In this document: piece after piece, positions 6,460 through 14,982 of the stretch
Layout of the letters: every line of letters starts with the position of its first letter
Position numbering within the stretch: the first letter of the stretch is position 1
Assembly (NCBI GenBank): GCA_964590575.1
Contig: CAZPWM010000046.1
Coordinates: forward strand, 1-23,032
Length of the DNA stretch: 23,032 nucleotides
Reading direction: 5' to 3'
DNA from: an uncultured archaeon
GTDB taxonomy: Archaea; Asgardarchaeota; Thorarchaeia; Thorarchaeales; Thorarchaeaceae
The notes under the pieces: generated by a model
Told to the model about the DNA's origin: nothing
The model's database searches: none
Seen by the model: only the letters and a program-made list of their open reading frames with translations
Translations under genes and position numbers: made by a program

Positions 6460-9015
6460 TCAGTAGTTTGTCACTCTTAGTAGTTTCTCTGGCAGCTCAT
6501 CAATAGAAGCAATATCTAGGACCACGCCATGAGCTTTCTTCGCAAGACTATCTGCAGCATGAGGATTGTAGGATGATTTTGGAACAAGAATTATCATCTT
6601 GATACCAAGCGGTTTCATCCTTTCTACAAGTTGCTCACAAACAGTTTGATCACTGAGGTACATGTCAGTGGAGAAGACGAATATCTTCTCCTTAGCACGT
6701 GTGTCCTCAAAGCTCTCAAGAGCCAACTTGATGGACTCTGCACCTCCAGTTCCCCCACCAGCTCTTGCTTCAAGAAGGTCTGCAGCCACTTTGTCAACAG
6801 AAACGGTTTTCTCATCCATCCTTTTAACTACGTGAGTTTCATTATCAAATAGTACTACACCAAAGTCGTCGCGCTTTACGCCGTAGAGCCCTGCCATCAC
6901 GGATATCGCTAGCATCCCAAGTTTCTCTGCTGAGTTCATAGACCCACTCTTATCCAAAGCCCAATAGAAGGCACGATGACCTTGGTAGGTTTCAGTTACC
7001 AGGAAATCAGAGGTCTCTAATATCTTGAAGTTCGTCCGACCCTGTGACAAAAGAGCCTCTATTGTTTCTTCGAGATCGATGAGGTCCATGTCGTCCCCTA
7101 TTTTGAACGGTCTCACCGTAGTAGACTCTAAAATCCCTCCGAGCATACTACTGCCCATCGTCTGTTTAGCATATCTCATCCCTAAGTCTATCAAGAGTCG
7201 CCTGGCAATCTCTCTAAGTCTCTGCTTGAGCTCATCAGGTAGTTGATCTCGGTATGCATACCAGATTCGGACTATGTTTGTTGCGGGGCCACTTAAGAGA
7301 CCCCCAAACGCCATATCCGCACGGTCTTTATCGAACGGTTGAGTTCCAGCACCACTTCCAGGTCCAACACCTCTACTACCATATTGTCTACTCCCATAGC
7401 CTTGACTACTAGTCCCCAAAGCTGCATGAAGGTCTTCATGAGCGACAGCACCCAGAGCACTCTGGTTCCCTTTTTCTGCAGCCATATCTGCAAGTTGTCG
7501 GAGTTGTTGGTGAGATAAACCAGCCGCAGACATTAGGTTGTGAAGTCTATCAAAATCAGACACTCCAGCTTCAATCAACTTCTTGATCACCTCATAGGAA
7601 GGATTCAGAAGCTCGAGAATCTCCTCTTCAGACATACCTAAACGTTCTCCAGATTTCTGAATGGATTCTCTTGAGGGAACCTGCCCCATCCTCGATAATT
7701 GCTTCACAGTATTTCGAAGATGTGTTTTTGTAGGCGATGTCTCACATACTGCATCAGCAAGCTTCTGCATAGCTTTGGTCCACTCTTTTTTTGTATGACT
7801 ACTAGGTAGCTCGGCACCCATCCGCATTCCTTGAGCTACAGCTGACCTTAGGAAATCAGACGGAGATGACCGTGCATTCGCATCTTGAATAGTTGCCTCA
7901 GTCTCCTTCTCCAGCAGGTTGCCCCAATTTTGATTGTCCCGGGCAGTTTCAGAAAGTTGACGCATGTCGACGTTGTTATGGCCACCATTATCATACTGCT
8001 CATCATATGCTTTGAGAAGGTCATCCAGGATATCTTGACCAGTGTGTTTCTTGATCTTGTCTGCAAAGGCGGCAGCATCGCTCAGTGGATATTGATTAGG
8101 TGCATCTTGAATGAGCTTATCCAGATTATCGGGGATTCGTTTTAGTTCAGCCGCGTAGTCTGCAGCTTCATCAAGGTCAGTAAGATTGTCTTGAAGTGTT
8201 TTGTCTAAGGATTCCCTTGATGTTTCATCTAAGATCCCCATTTCCTCCATGTGTCGGAGTGCACGAGCCGCTGTTGTGGTGTCAAGCGTTGCTAGGTCTG
8301 AGAACTTTTGCTCAACATCACTGTCCCCGCGAAGAGATTTTCCTGCTATTTGTTCTGCAGCATTGGACAAATCACAGACAGAATCTAATACCTGGAGTGT
8401 TTGGGAATTTTGGATGTCCTTTGATGTAAGCACTCCCGCTTTGTCTAGCAATTGGCTACCTGCTATCTCCCTAAGTTCGTCATCACTTGTAATCCCACGA
8501 AGTACTATATCACCATCAGTTAGATAGTCAGTAGCTGCTTCGTAGAGCTGCTGGTCGCCACTTCTGTGAAGCTCCTGGAGGTAGTCATAGCCCGCTTGAA
8601 CCTTCTCTTTCTTTATGACCTTAGCAAGTTCCTGCTCGCGACGAATCTGTTCCATCACTTTCTCCAGTGCGTCGCTCTGCTTTTTTGTTGCAGCTTGTGT
8701 TGCTGCTGCTTGCTCCGTATCGCTAAGCCGAGGTCGTTCAACTTTCTCCCTCCCGAGAAGTATGTCTTCAGCAATCTCCCTAGCAATGTCTTGATCTGGA
8801 GGAAATGTTGTGAAAACTGCTGCCTCAAGAAAGTCTTCCAACGTCAATTTGCCATTTCTGAAGAACCTTGCTGACAGGAGTTGAGGAATAGATTGTGTCT
8901 GGCGAATGCTGGGTTTCTTTGTAATGTCCTTTCTAGAACGCATACGTTTTGTGAATTCGTGTGCAAAATGGGGTGCATTGCTTGGTACAGGAGTAATCTT
9001 AGGCTCAGCAGCCAT
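6460..9015 (-). CDS. Large vWA-domain protein (CoxE/ViaA-like partner of MoxR) with an N-terminal AAA+ lid-like segment and a long helical middle
   Basis: C-terminal vWA with intact MIDAS (LDKSGSM, GGGT, FSTD) preceded by 'RPF--GDD---IDLEETI'. Starts 1 nt after the ATPase stop codon. Confidence 0.9.
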   Translation of the reverse strand: MAAEPKITPVPSNAPHFAHEFTKRMRSRKDITKKPSIRQTQSIPQLLSARFFRNGKLTLEDFLEAAVFTTFPPDQDIAREIAEDILLGREKVERPRLSDTEQAAATQAATKKQSDALEKVMEQIRREQELAKVIKKEKVQAGYDYLQELHRSGDQQLYEAATDYLTDGDIVLRGITSDDELREIAGSQLLDKAGVLTSKDIQNSQTLQVLDSVCDLSNAAEQIAGKSLRGDSDVEQKFSDLATLDTTTAARALRHMEEMGILDETSRESLDKTLQDNLTDLDEAADYAAELKRIPDNLDKLIQDAPNQYPLSDAAAFADKIKKHTGQDILDDLLKAYDEQYDNGGHNNVDMRQLSETARDNQNWGNLLEKETEATIQDANARSSPSDFLRSAVAQGMRMGAELPSSHTKKEWTKAMQKLADAVCETSPTKTHLRNTVKQLSRMGQVPSRESIQKSGERLGMSEEEILELLNPSYEVIKKLIEAGVSDFDRLHNLMSAAGLSHQQLRQLADMAAEKGNQSALGAVAHEDLHAALGTSSQGYGSRQYGSRGVGPGSGAGTQPFDKDRADMAFGGLLSGPATNIVRIWYAYRDQLPDELKQRLREIARRLLIDLGMRYAKQTMGSSMLGGILESTTVRPFKIGDDMDLIDLEETIEALLSQGRTNFKILETSDFLVTETYQGHRAFYWALDKSGSMNSAEKLGMLAISVMAGLYGVKRDDFGVVLFDNETHVVKRMDEKTVSVDKVAADLLEARAGGGTGGAESIKLALESFEDTRAKEKIFVFSTDMYLSDQTVCEQLVERMKPLGIKMIILVPKSSYNPHAADSLAKKAHGVVLDIASIDELPEKLLRVTNY

Positions 9016-9016
9016 A

Positions 9017-9925
9017 TCAGGTAGCTCCTAGATTCCTCCTCACAAGTGAGTTGACCGCTGGCTCAGGATCGATCCCTGGCCTGAATCGTAATGCTCCTAC
9101 TAGCACATATGTTGCTGCTTTGGATAATGTCGAGTGGGAGATGGTCTTCTCCTTCATTCTCTTGGTCATCTCTGCAGCAAGTCTTGAGATTGAAATCCCT
9201 GCCCTGATACTGGCTGGAATCTCGATGTCTGTGCTTACTCTGGTCGATGAAACCAGACCATAGACCTTTTCGAGAACAGCATCAGTGAGCTTATACTCAG
9301 GGCAGTTCATCTTCACAATCTCAATTTCAGTTTCCTTTCGAGGATATCCAAGACGAATCCAAACTCGCACACGGTCTCTAAGTGCTTCGCTTAGTCTATG
9401 CGCTCCACTCATTTCTTCGGGATTCATCGTCAGCACTGGGAAGAATCCTTCATGTGCTCGTATCCTCCCGAGTCTCTGAACATTAATGGACCGTTCCTCA
9501 AATGGGTCCAACAAGGAGTTCTGCACATATTCACTGAGACGGTTCCCTTCGTTTAGACCAAAGACTCCGCCAAAAACCATCGATTTCAAGAGAGGTCCGG
9601 GCTCGAAGGCTTCTAGTGAAAAGCCCTTGTTCAACACAATACTTGGGTTAAACGCACCCACGAGGTGGGAAGGTCTCACGCCTTCATCCCCGGTGATCCA
9701 GAACAGCTCCCTTTTGCTTTTCTCAGCATAAGCACGCAAAAGAAGTGTCTTTCCAACCCCAGGAGGTCCGATTATACCTGGTATCAGGTTTGCGTTCTCA
9801 CAATCAGTGAGTACACCAAAAGCATCTGCGTATTGTTCCTTGATGACGATTCGGACCTCTTCAGAAACAGCGGCCCGGAGTCGGTCGTCGAAAGCCTCTT
9901 TGAAAAGTTTCATCTCGTTCTGCAA
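9017..9925 (-). CDS. MoxR-family AAA+ ATPase
   Basis: Walker A GPPGVGKT, LVG, F-PGPL, Walker B variant VFGLNEGNR, VQNSLL--EER, sensor-1 TMNP, LSEALRDR (Arg finger), L-YP, lid with SIR. The start may be ATG 9913. Confidence 0.92.
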   Translation of the reverse strand: MQNEMKLFKEAFDDRLRAAVSEEVRIVIKEQYADAFGVLTDCENANLIPGIIGPPGVGKTLLLRAYAEKSKRELFWITGDEGVRPSHLVGAFNPSIVLNKGFSLEAFEPGPLLKSMVFGGVFGLNEGNRLSEYVQNSLLDPFEERSINVQRLGRIRAHEGFFPVLTMNPEEMSGAHRLSEALRDRVRVWIRLGYPRKETEIEIVKMNCPEYKLTDAVLEKVYGLVSSTRVSTDIEIPASIRAGISISRLAAEMTKRMKEKTISHSTLSKAATYVLVGALRFRPGIDPEPAVNSLVRRNLGAT

Positions 9926-10036
9926 AACAATGCCCCCATTGTGACTGATAGGGAGTATGGTTGTAGGGTATATAATCTACTCTCAAAATGAACCAGTGGT
10001 GTGATAAGGGTTACTTTTCGATTGAGCATATGGAAT

Positions 10037-10074
10037 TCAAAAGCTAATTTTGAGTATTTGGAGTTTCCAAAAAA
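10037..10074 (-). terminator. Possible terminator region downstream of tetR (T6 tract and two short hairpins)
   Basis: Minus-strand TTTTTT at 10069-10074, just after the tetR stop. Hairpins TTGGA-GTT-TCCAA (10058-10070) and TCAAAA-GCTAA-TTTTGA (10037-10053). Confidence 0.35.
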
Positions 10075-10085
10075 CTAGGGGCTTG

Positions 10086-10667
10086 TCATGAAGATGTGTT
10101 ACCTTTGTTTAACCGACCAGCCAAAAAATTAGTTACATGATCTCTAACATCGCCAATTTGCAATCCATAGTCTGGAACAACTTTCTGCATATTGAAAGCG
10201 ATGAGTATCGGACTCACTAAGGATGCCCATGCAATTAAGGGATGTTCCTTGACCAATAATCCCTCGTTCTGATAACGAGCCATCAATTTTACATAAGATA
10301 AGACAATGTCAAATGGCTCATTAACTATATCAAGTAAATCTAGATGACGTTGCATTTCAAAAATCATGACTGAAAAAAAATCGCCGTACTCATGAGCCAA
10401 GTCATGGTATGTCCTCACCATTCTAGTCAAATCTGCATGGACATCACCAGTGTACAAACCAGCAGATTTCAGATCCACTTGTCCAACGATATATGAGATT
10501 GATGCCTTTACTAGATTCTCTTTACTTCCATACTTTCTAAACAGAGATACTTCGCTTATACCAGCAGCAGCAGCCATTTCTTTTGTTGTAGAACCACTAT
10601 ATCCGTTTTCAGAAACATGTTGAATGACAGCACGGAAAATCTGTTCGTCATCTAGTACCTTTGGCAT
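10086..10667 (-). CDS. TetR/AcrR family transcriptional regulator
   Basis: GYSGSTTKEMAAAAGISEVSLFRKYGSKENL is a canonical TetR HTH. ATG at 10667 (MPKVLDD) is the more typical start; the track extends to a TTG at 10688. Divergent from the ABC exporter. Confidence 0.92.
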   Translation of the reverse strand: MPKVLDDEQIFRAVIQHVSENGYSGSTTKEMAAAAGISEVSLFRKYGSKENLVKASISYIVGQVDLKSAGLYTGDVHADLTRMVRTYHDLAHEYGDFFSVMIFEMQRHLDLLDIVNEPFDIVLSYVKLMARYQNEGLLVKEHPLIAWASLVSPILIAFNMQKVVPDYGLQIGDVRDHVTNFLAGRLNKGNTSS

Positions 10668-10701
10668 AATAAACGACCAAAAGGACAATTGAACCAGGTT
10701 G

Positions 10702-10740
10702 TTTAAAGGTTATGTTAGTGATTACTAACAAAAGTTTAAA
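10702..10740. promoter_or_regulatory. Divergent TATA boxes for tetR and the ABC operon
   Basis: TTTAAA at 10702-10707 and TTTAAA at 10735-10740, the second preceded by a purine-rich BRE-like AAAAG. Confidence 0.5.
10713..10730. promoter_or_regulatory. Putative TetR operator 1 (TGTTAGT-N4-ACTAACA)
   Basis: Perfect 7-bp inverted repeat lying between the two TATA boxes. Confidence 0.7.
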
Positions 10741-10750
10741 TGACCGTTAT

Positions 10751-10768
10751 GGTTAGTAGACACTTACA
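10751..10768. promoter_or_regulatory. Putative TetR operator 2 (GGTTAGT-N4-ACTTACA)
   Basis: Degenerate copy of operator 1 with one mismatch per arm and the same spacer, just downstream of the second TATA box. Confidence 0.6.
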
Positions 10769-10830
10769 AAAAAGTTACATGTGTGTTGTACTATCAAGGA
10801 TAGAGAGAAGGATGTTTGGAGGACTAGAAA

Positions 10831-11748
10831 TTGATTAGAGCGGTCAATGTCACTAAGAAATTCGAGGACATTGTGGCTGTTGATAATGTTTCTCTTGACA
10901 TTCCTAAGGGAACAATTCTTGGCATGGTGGGACCCAATGGAGCAGGAAAGACGACTCTTGTGCGTATGATGATTGGCATTCTCGCTCCAACGAGTGGGAA
11001 TTGCTATATTGGAGATACACAGTCAGACCGTCTCTCCACTGAAGAAAGAGCCCGTACAGGATACATGACCCAGCTCAAATCACTCTACCCAGATTTGACA
11101 GCCCGACAAAACATCGATTTCTTTTCAGCTTGCTATGGAGTTAAGGATACTCAGAGGAGAAAGCAGTTAGGCGAGGAGGCAGCCAGATTCACTCGAATCA
11201 CAGAATCACTCGACCGCACAGTAGATGTGCTCAGTGGTGGAACAATTCAACGAGTCAGTCTTGCTTGCGCAATAGCTCATAATCCTGAAGTAATATTCCT
11301 TGACGAACCAACAGTCGGGGTCAGTCCAGAATTGAGAATGGAATTCTGGGAACACTTCCACAACCTTGCCCAAGAGGGCAAGACGATTGTAATGACAACA
11401 CATTATCTCGATGAGGCAACGAGATGCGATGATGTAGCAATGATCTTTGAAGGAAAATTAATCGCACATGGTCATCCAGATGACCTAATTGGCTCACTCC
11501 CCTTAGAGAGTACAATCACTGGTACTTTTAATTCCAATTATTCTACTCAACTCAAGAGTATCTTAGAGCATATAGCTCCCGTTGAAATCAAAGAGAACCG
11601 ATTCACTGTAAAATCAGCAGATAGTGATGTCAAATTCAAAGTGTTTCAGGCGTTGACACAAGCAAATTTCCAAGTGAAAGATCTTGTTGTGAAACAACCG
11701 GGCCTTGAGGAAGCATTTGCCTATTATGTCAGGAGGTCAAGACAATGA
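10831..11748 (+). CDS. ABC-2 type exporter ATP-binding subunit (CcmA/DrrA-like)
   Basis: GPNGAGKTT, LSGGTIQRV signature, IFLDEPT Walker B, TTH switch, C-terminal 'LEEAF'. TTG start after GGAGG. Confidence 0.95.
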   Translation: MIRAVNVTKKFEDIVAVDNVSLDIPKGTILGMVGPNGAGKTTLVRMMIGILAPTSGNCYIGDTQSDRLSTEERARTGYMTQLKSLYPDLTARQNIDFFSACYGVKDTQRRKQLGEEAARFTRITESLDRTVDVLSGGTIQRVSLACAIAHNPEVIFLDEPTVGVSPELRMEFWEHFHNLAQEGKTIVMTTHYLDEATRCDDVAMIFEGKLIAHGHPDDLIGSLPLESTITGTFNSNYSTQLKSILEHIAPVEIKENRFTVKSADSDVKFKVFQALTQANFQVKDLVVKQPGLEEAFAYYVRRSRQ

Positions 11749-13235
11749 GCCACAATATCAGCACTCTCCGAATTGGTACAATGATACGGAGAATCTTCCG
11801 TCAAATTCGTCGAGACCGACCAACTCTTGCTCTAATGGTTCTTGCACCACTCCTGGTCACTTTCCTATGGTCATTCATTCTTTCAGGAGAAGTTGTAAAT
11901 GTCCCAACAGCTGTGTGTGTACAAGACACTCCACTTGAGGATAATCTAGGAGCCACTGTATCATCTCTATTCGAGGACCATGAGAATGTGACACTCTTTG
12001 AAGTGACTCGTGCTCATGCGTTTGATGATTTTGGAGAATCGATACAAGCAGTTCTCATATTACCCTTCGATTTCACAGAGGGGCTTCTAACAAGCGGAAA
12101 TGTCACACTCGAATTGCATGTTAATGTGACTAGTGAGGTGGAAGCCAATTATATACAGGCGATAATAGCAAATATCACTACAGGGGCTGCTAGTGAAGTT
12201 TTCGGAAGTAGGGGTATGGATATACAACGTAACATAACATTCTCAGTTCCCCTGCCACCTAGTCCTTTTGACCTCTCATTTAACCTCTCACTAGTCAATG
12301 AGGATATTGGATTCACAACTATCATTGGGGAAATCTTCGAAGAGAATTTGTTAGAAAATGGTAATGTGTCTGTCACCTTATGTGACAGTCGTGAGGAAGT
12401 CATTCAGTTACTCGAAAGCAGAGCAGTAGTAGCAGGACTCTACGTGGGTTTTAATTTCACGCAGGCTACGATCCATGGTGAAGAACCACCTATTGAACTA
12501 TTTATCAATGGCATTCAGCGAGTAGAAGCTGCTTCAGCATTATCAGCTATTCAGACGGTGCTCGCTGAATCCATCTCTCAAACTTTCGGGCGAGAAAGTG
12601 AAACTAGTATAGACCTTACATATGTCTATGGAGAAGCTGGGATGTCAACGATAGAAGTCATGGGTCCAGCTATTATTGGTTTCATGAGTGTATTCTTCGG
12701 TTTTCTGATTCCAGGAATTTTCTTCCTACGAGAGAGGCAGCAAGGCACATTGGAGAGAATGCAGAGTACGCCTTTGTCGGATCTCGAGATAGTCCTCGGG
12801 TACTCTGTTGCATTCATTGGAGTTCTCTTAGTTCAAACGATGGTCATTAGCGTTGTAATAATCTACATCGCTCCAGGAATAGTATCGTCCATCTTAGTGT
12901 TGATCCCCTTGGTTGTTCTCCTAGCCATAGGATCTGTCACACTTGCACTTGCAATTTCTGTTCGGATGAAGAATGAACTGCAGGTGATTCAACTCATGCT
13001 CGTATTCATCCTCCCCCAGATGTTCCTATCGGGGCTCTTGTTCCCCTTAAGTCAAATGCCACCATATATTGCTTTTCTCCCGTATTTCTTTCCACTCACA
13101 TATTATGTGGAAGCAGCAAGAGCGGTGGCTTTCTACAATGCATCACTTCTTGATGAAATATTACCAGTGATAATCATGATACTATATTGTTTACTTGGCA
13201 TCATAGTATCTGTGGTAAAAAGGTCTGAGAAATGA
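11745..13235 (+). CDS. ABC-2 type exporter permease (YbhR/YbhS-like) with a duplicated extracytoplasmic domain
   Basis: FRQIRRDRPTL, RERQQGTLERMQSTPLS, FLSGLLFPLSQMP, PLTYYVEA. ATGA overlap with the ATPase gene. Confidence 0.93.
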   Translation: MSHNISTLRIGTMIRRIFRQIRRDRPTLALMVLAPLLVTFLWSFILSGEVVNVPTAVCVQDTPLEDNLGATVSSLFEDHENVTLFEVTRAHAFDDFGESIQAVLILPFDFTEGLLTSGNVTLELHVNVTSEVEANYIQAIIANITTGAASEVFGSRGMDIQRNITFSVPLPPSPFDLSFNLSLVNEDIGFTTIIGEIFEENLLENGNVSVTLCDSREEVIQLLESRAVVAGLYVGFNFTQATIHGEEPPIELFINGIQRVEAASALSAIQTVLAESISQTFGRESETSIDLTYVYGEAGMSTIEVMGPAIIGFMSVFFGFLIPGIFFLRERQQGTLERMQSTPLSDLEIVLGYSVAFIGVLLVQTMVISVVIIYIAPGIVSSILVLIPLVVLLAIGSVTLALAISVRMKNELQVIQLMLVFILPQMFLSGLLFPLSQMPPYIAFLPYFFPLTYYVEAARAVAFYNASLLDEILPVIIMILYCLLGIIVSVVKRSEK

Positions 13236-13251
13236 GAGATTACTCAGAATC

Positions 13252-14235
13252 TTATTTCCGCCCAAGTTCTGAATAAGTGAATAGAGCTGGCTCACCACCA
13301 GTATGGTAGAAGAGTGTTGGAGAGTCCCTAGCTATATCTCCGGCTAAAGCCATTCGAATGAGAGCTAGTCCAGCCTTGCCGGTATAGACTGGGTCAAGGA
13401 AAATTCCTTCCATCTTAGCAAACATCTCTATTGCGCTGACAACACCATCCTCGAGTATCGCATAGCCTTTCCCGATGAAACTGTCGTCCACATTGATCTT
13501 TGGTGAGAAAGACTCAATCTCAGGGTATGTTTGAACTGTTCGTTCAATAAGATTCTGAACCTCTTCTTTCAATTGATCTGCAGGCTTGCTAACTGTGATA
13601 CCAATGATATCCACATCAAGATCCAACAGATGCGCTCCAAGAATCAACCCTGCAAGAGTACCACCCGTTCCGACAGCGACAATGATCCTATCTGGAAAGA
13701 AGTCATTCTCCTTGAATTGATTGTTCAACTCATCCATTGCTATTGCATATGGAACGATACCTACTGGCATGGCTGCTCCAGCAGGGATTGCATAGGGGGT
13801 AAGACCAAAGTCAATAAGGGTCTCCATGATTGCGTCGATTCGCTTGTTCAATGTGAAGGCTGATTCATCTGGAAAGAATTTCATCTCAGCCCCAAGCATC
13901 CTATCGAGTAGGAGGTTTCCAGTGTATTCCTCTGGCTCTTCACCCCCAAGGAGTAGAATGCACCTCATTCCCGAAACTGCTGCTGCCGCCGCTGTTTGAC
14001 GACAATGGTTGCTCTGTATTCCACCCACTGTGACCAGAGTATCACACTTATTTGCGATGGCATCACCTACAACATACTCGAGTTTTCTTGTCTTGTTTCC
14101 ACCAAACGATATCCCTGTGAGGTCATCGCGTTTAATCCAGAGTTGGTCTAGTCCAATGGATTCACCGAGATTCTTCAAGCGGTGCATTGGTGTTGGGAGG
14201 AAAGCAAAACGCTCTCGAGGAAGGTCATCGAACAT
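13252..14235 (-). CDS. PLP-dependent D-cysteine desulfhydrase family enzyme (ACC deaminase superfamily)
   Basis: WIKRDDLTG, GGNKTRKLEY (PLP Lys), QSNHCR, GTGGTLAG. LDPVYTGKA and HTGG carry the Thr/Thr residues of the D-CDes type, not the Glu/Leu of true ACC deaminases. Confidence 0.9.
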   Translation of the reverse strand: MFDDLPRERFAFLPTPMHRLKNLGESIGLDQLWIKRDDLTGISFGGNKTRKLEYVVGDAIANKCDTLVTVGGIQSNHCRQTAAAAAVSGMRCILLLGGEEPEEYTGNLLLDRMLGAEMKFFPDESAFTLNKRIDAIMETLIDFGLTPYAIPAGAAMPVGIVPYAIAMDELNNQFKENDFFPDRIIVAVGTGGTLAGLILGAHLLDLDVDIIGITVSKPADQLKEEVQNLIERTVQTYPEIESFSPKINVDDSFIGKGYAILEDGVVSAIEMFAKMEGIFLDPVYTGKAGLALIRMALAGDIARDSPTLFYHTGGEPALFTYSELGRK

Positions 14236-14238
14236 TTT

Positions 14239-14943
14239 CTATCCCGTAGCTCCTGTGAAATAAGAAATCATGAGCATCAAGAAAGCCGTCAAAATTCCAG
14301 CAAAGAGTGTCTTTGCACCATATGCCCACATATTCTTTTTCGATACTGCTCCGAGGAACAGACCAAGTATAAACAGCAAAGCCATGCAGATTGCAATGGC
14401 TATGTAAAATGCCATTCGATAACCAAGAATACCACTGGGCACAAAGAAAAGGGGGATTATAATAATAAAAGCAGCCATTGCAGGGGATGCACCATCAACG
14501 AGGGCAACAACTAATGATGTGGTCTTTGTTGCTTTTGCATACATAGATTCACTCATGTCACTCAACATGGCTTTTCCCATCTCCTCAACTTCACGGTCTC
14601 TCTCAGCACTCTCTGTCAAATATGATCCACTAAATCCTGAGATGGCCATAGCGATGCTTGTACCAGCAGCTGCAAGAAGAATTGCATCAAATTGAAGACT
14701 AGCTTCTGCCGGAATTTCTGGATGAATTGTGATAAGACCACCAAGAATGAGACCGAGCATTGTGAGGGCTCCGTCAAAGGCATTCATAGCAAGATATCGT
14801 CGTGCTATTTCAACACCTTTAGTTAATTCGAGGGCTCTCATAATTCGTCGAATGCGCCCACCTTCGAGAGTGGGGTATAGATTGTTGTTATCCTCAGAAT
14901 CGGACACTGAGTTCGTTACTCCATCGTCAGATACAGGGCTCAC
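14239..14943 (-). CDS. VIT1/CCC1-family membrane protein (putative Fe/Mn transporter)
   Basis: RRYLAMNAFDGALTMLG, AMAISGFSGSYLTESAERDRE and about 5 TM helices. The true start may be GTG 14907, which has GGAG upstream and a minus-strand TTTATAA at 14957-14963. Confidence 0.8.
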   Translation of the reverse strand: MSPVSDDGVTNSVSDSEDNNNLYPTLEGGRIRRIMRALELTKGVEIARRYLAMNAFDGALTMLGLILGGLITIHPEIPAEASLQFDAILLAAAGTSIAMAISGFSGSYLTESAERDREVEEMGKAMLSDMSESMYAKATKTTSLVVALVDGASPAMAAFIIIIPLFFVPSGILGYRMAFYIAIAICMALLFILGLFLGAVSKKNMWAYGAKTLFAGILTAFLMLMISYFTGATG

Positions 14944-14982
14944 TGCTTTGTGTCTGTTATAAATTAATGGATTGTTTAGTTA

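Noticed and set aside
13252-14235. Call as ACC deaminase (acdS)
   Set aside because: It has DPVYTGK and HTGG rather than the DPVYEGK and HLGG diagnostic of true ACC deaminases.
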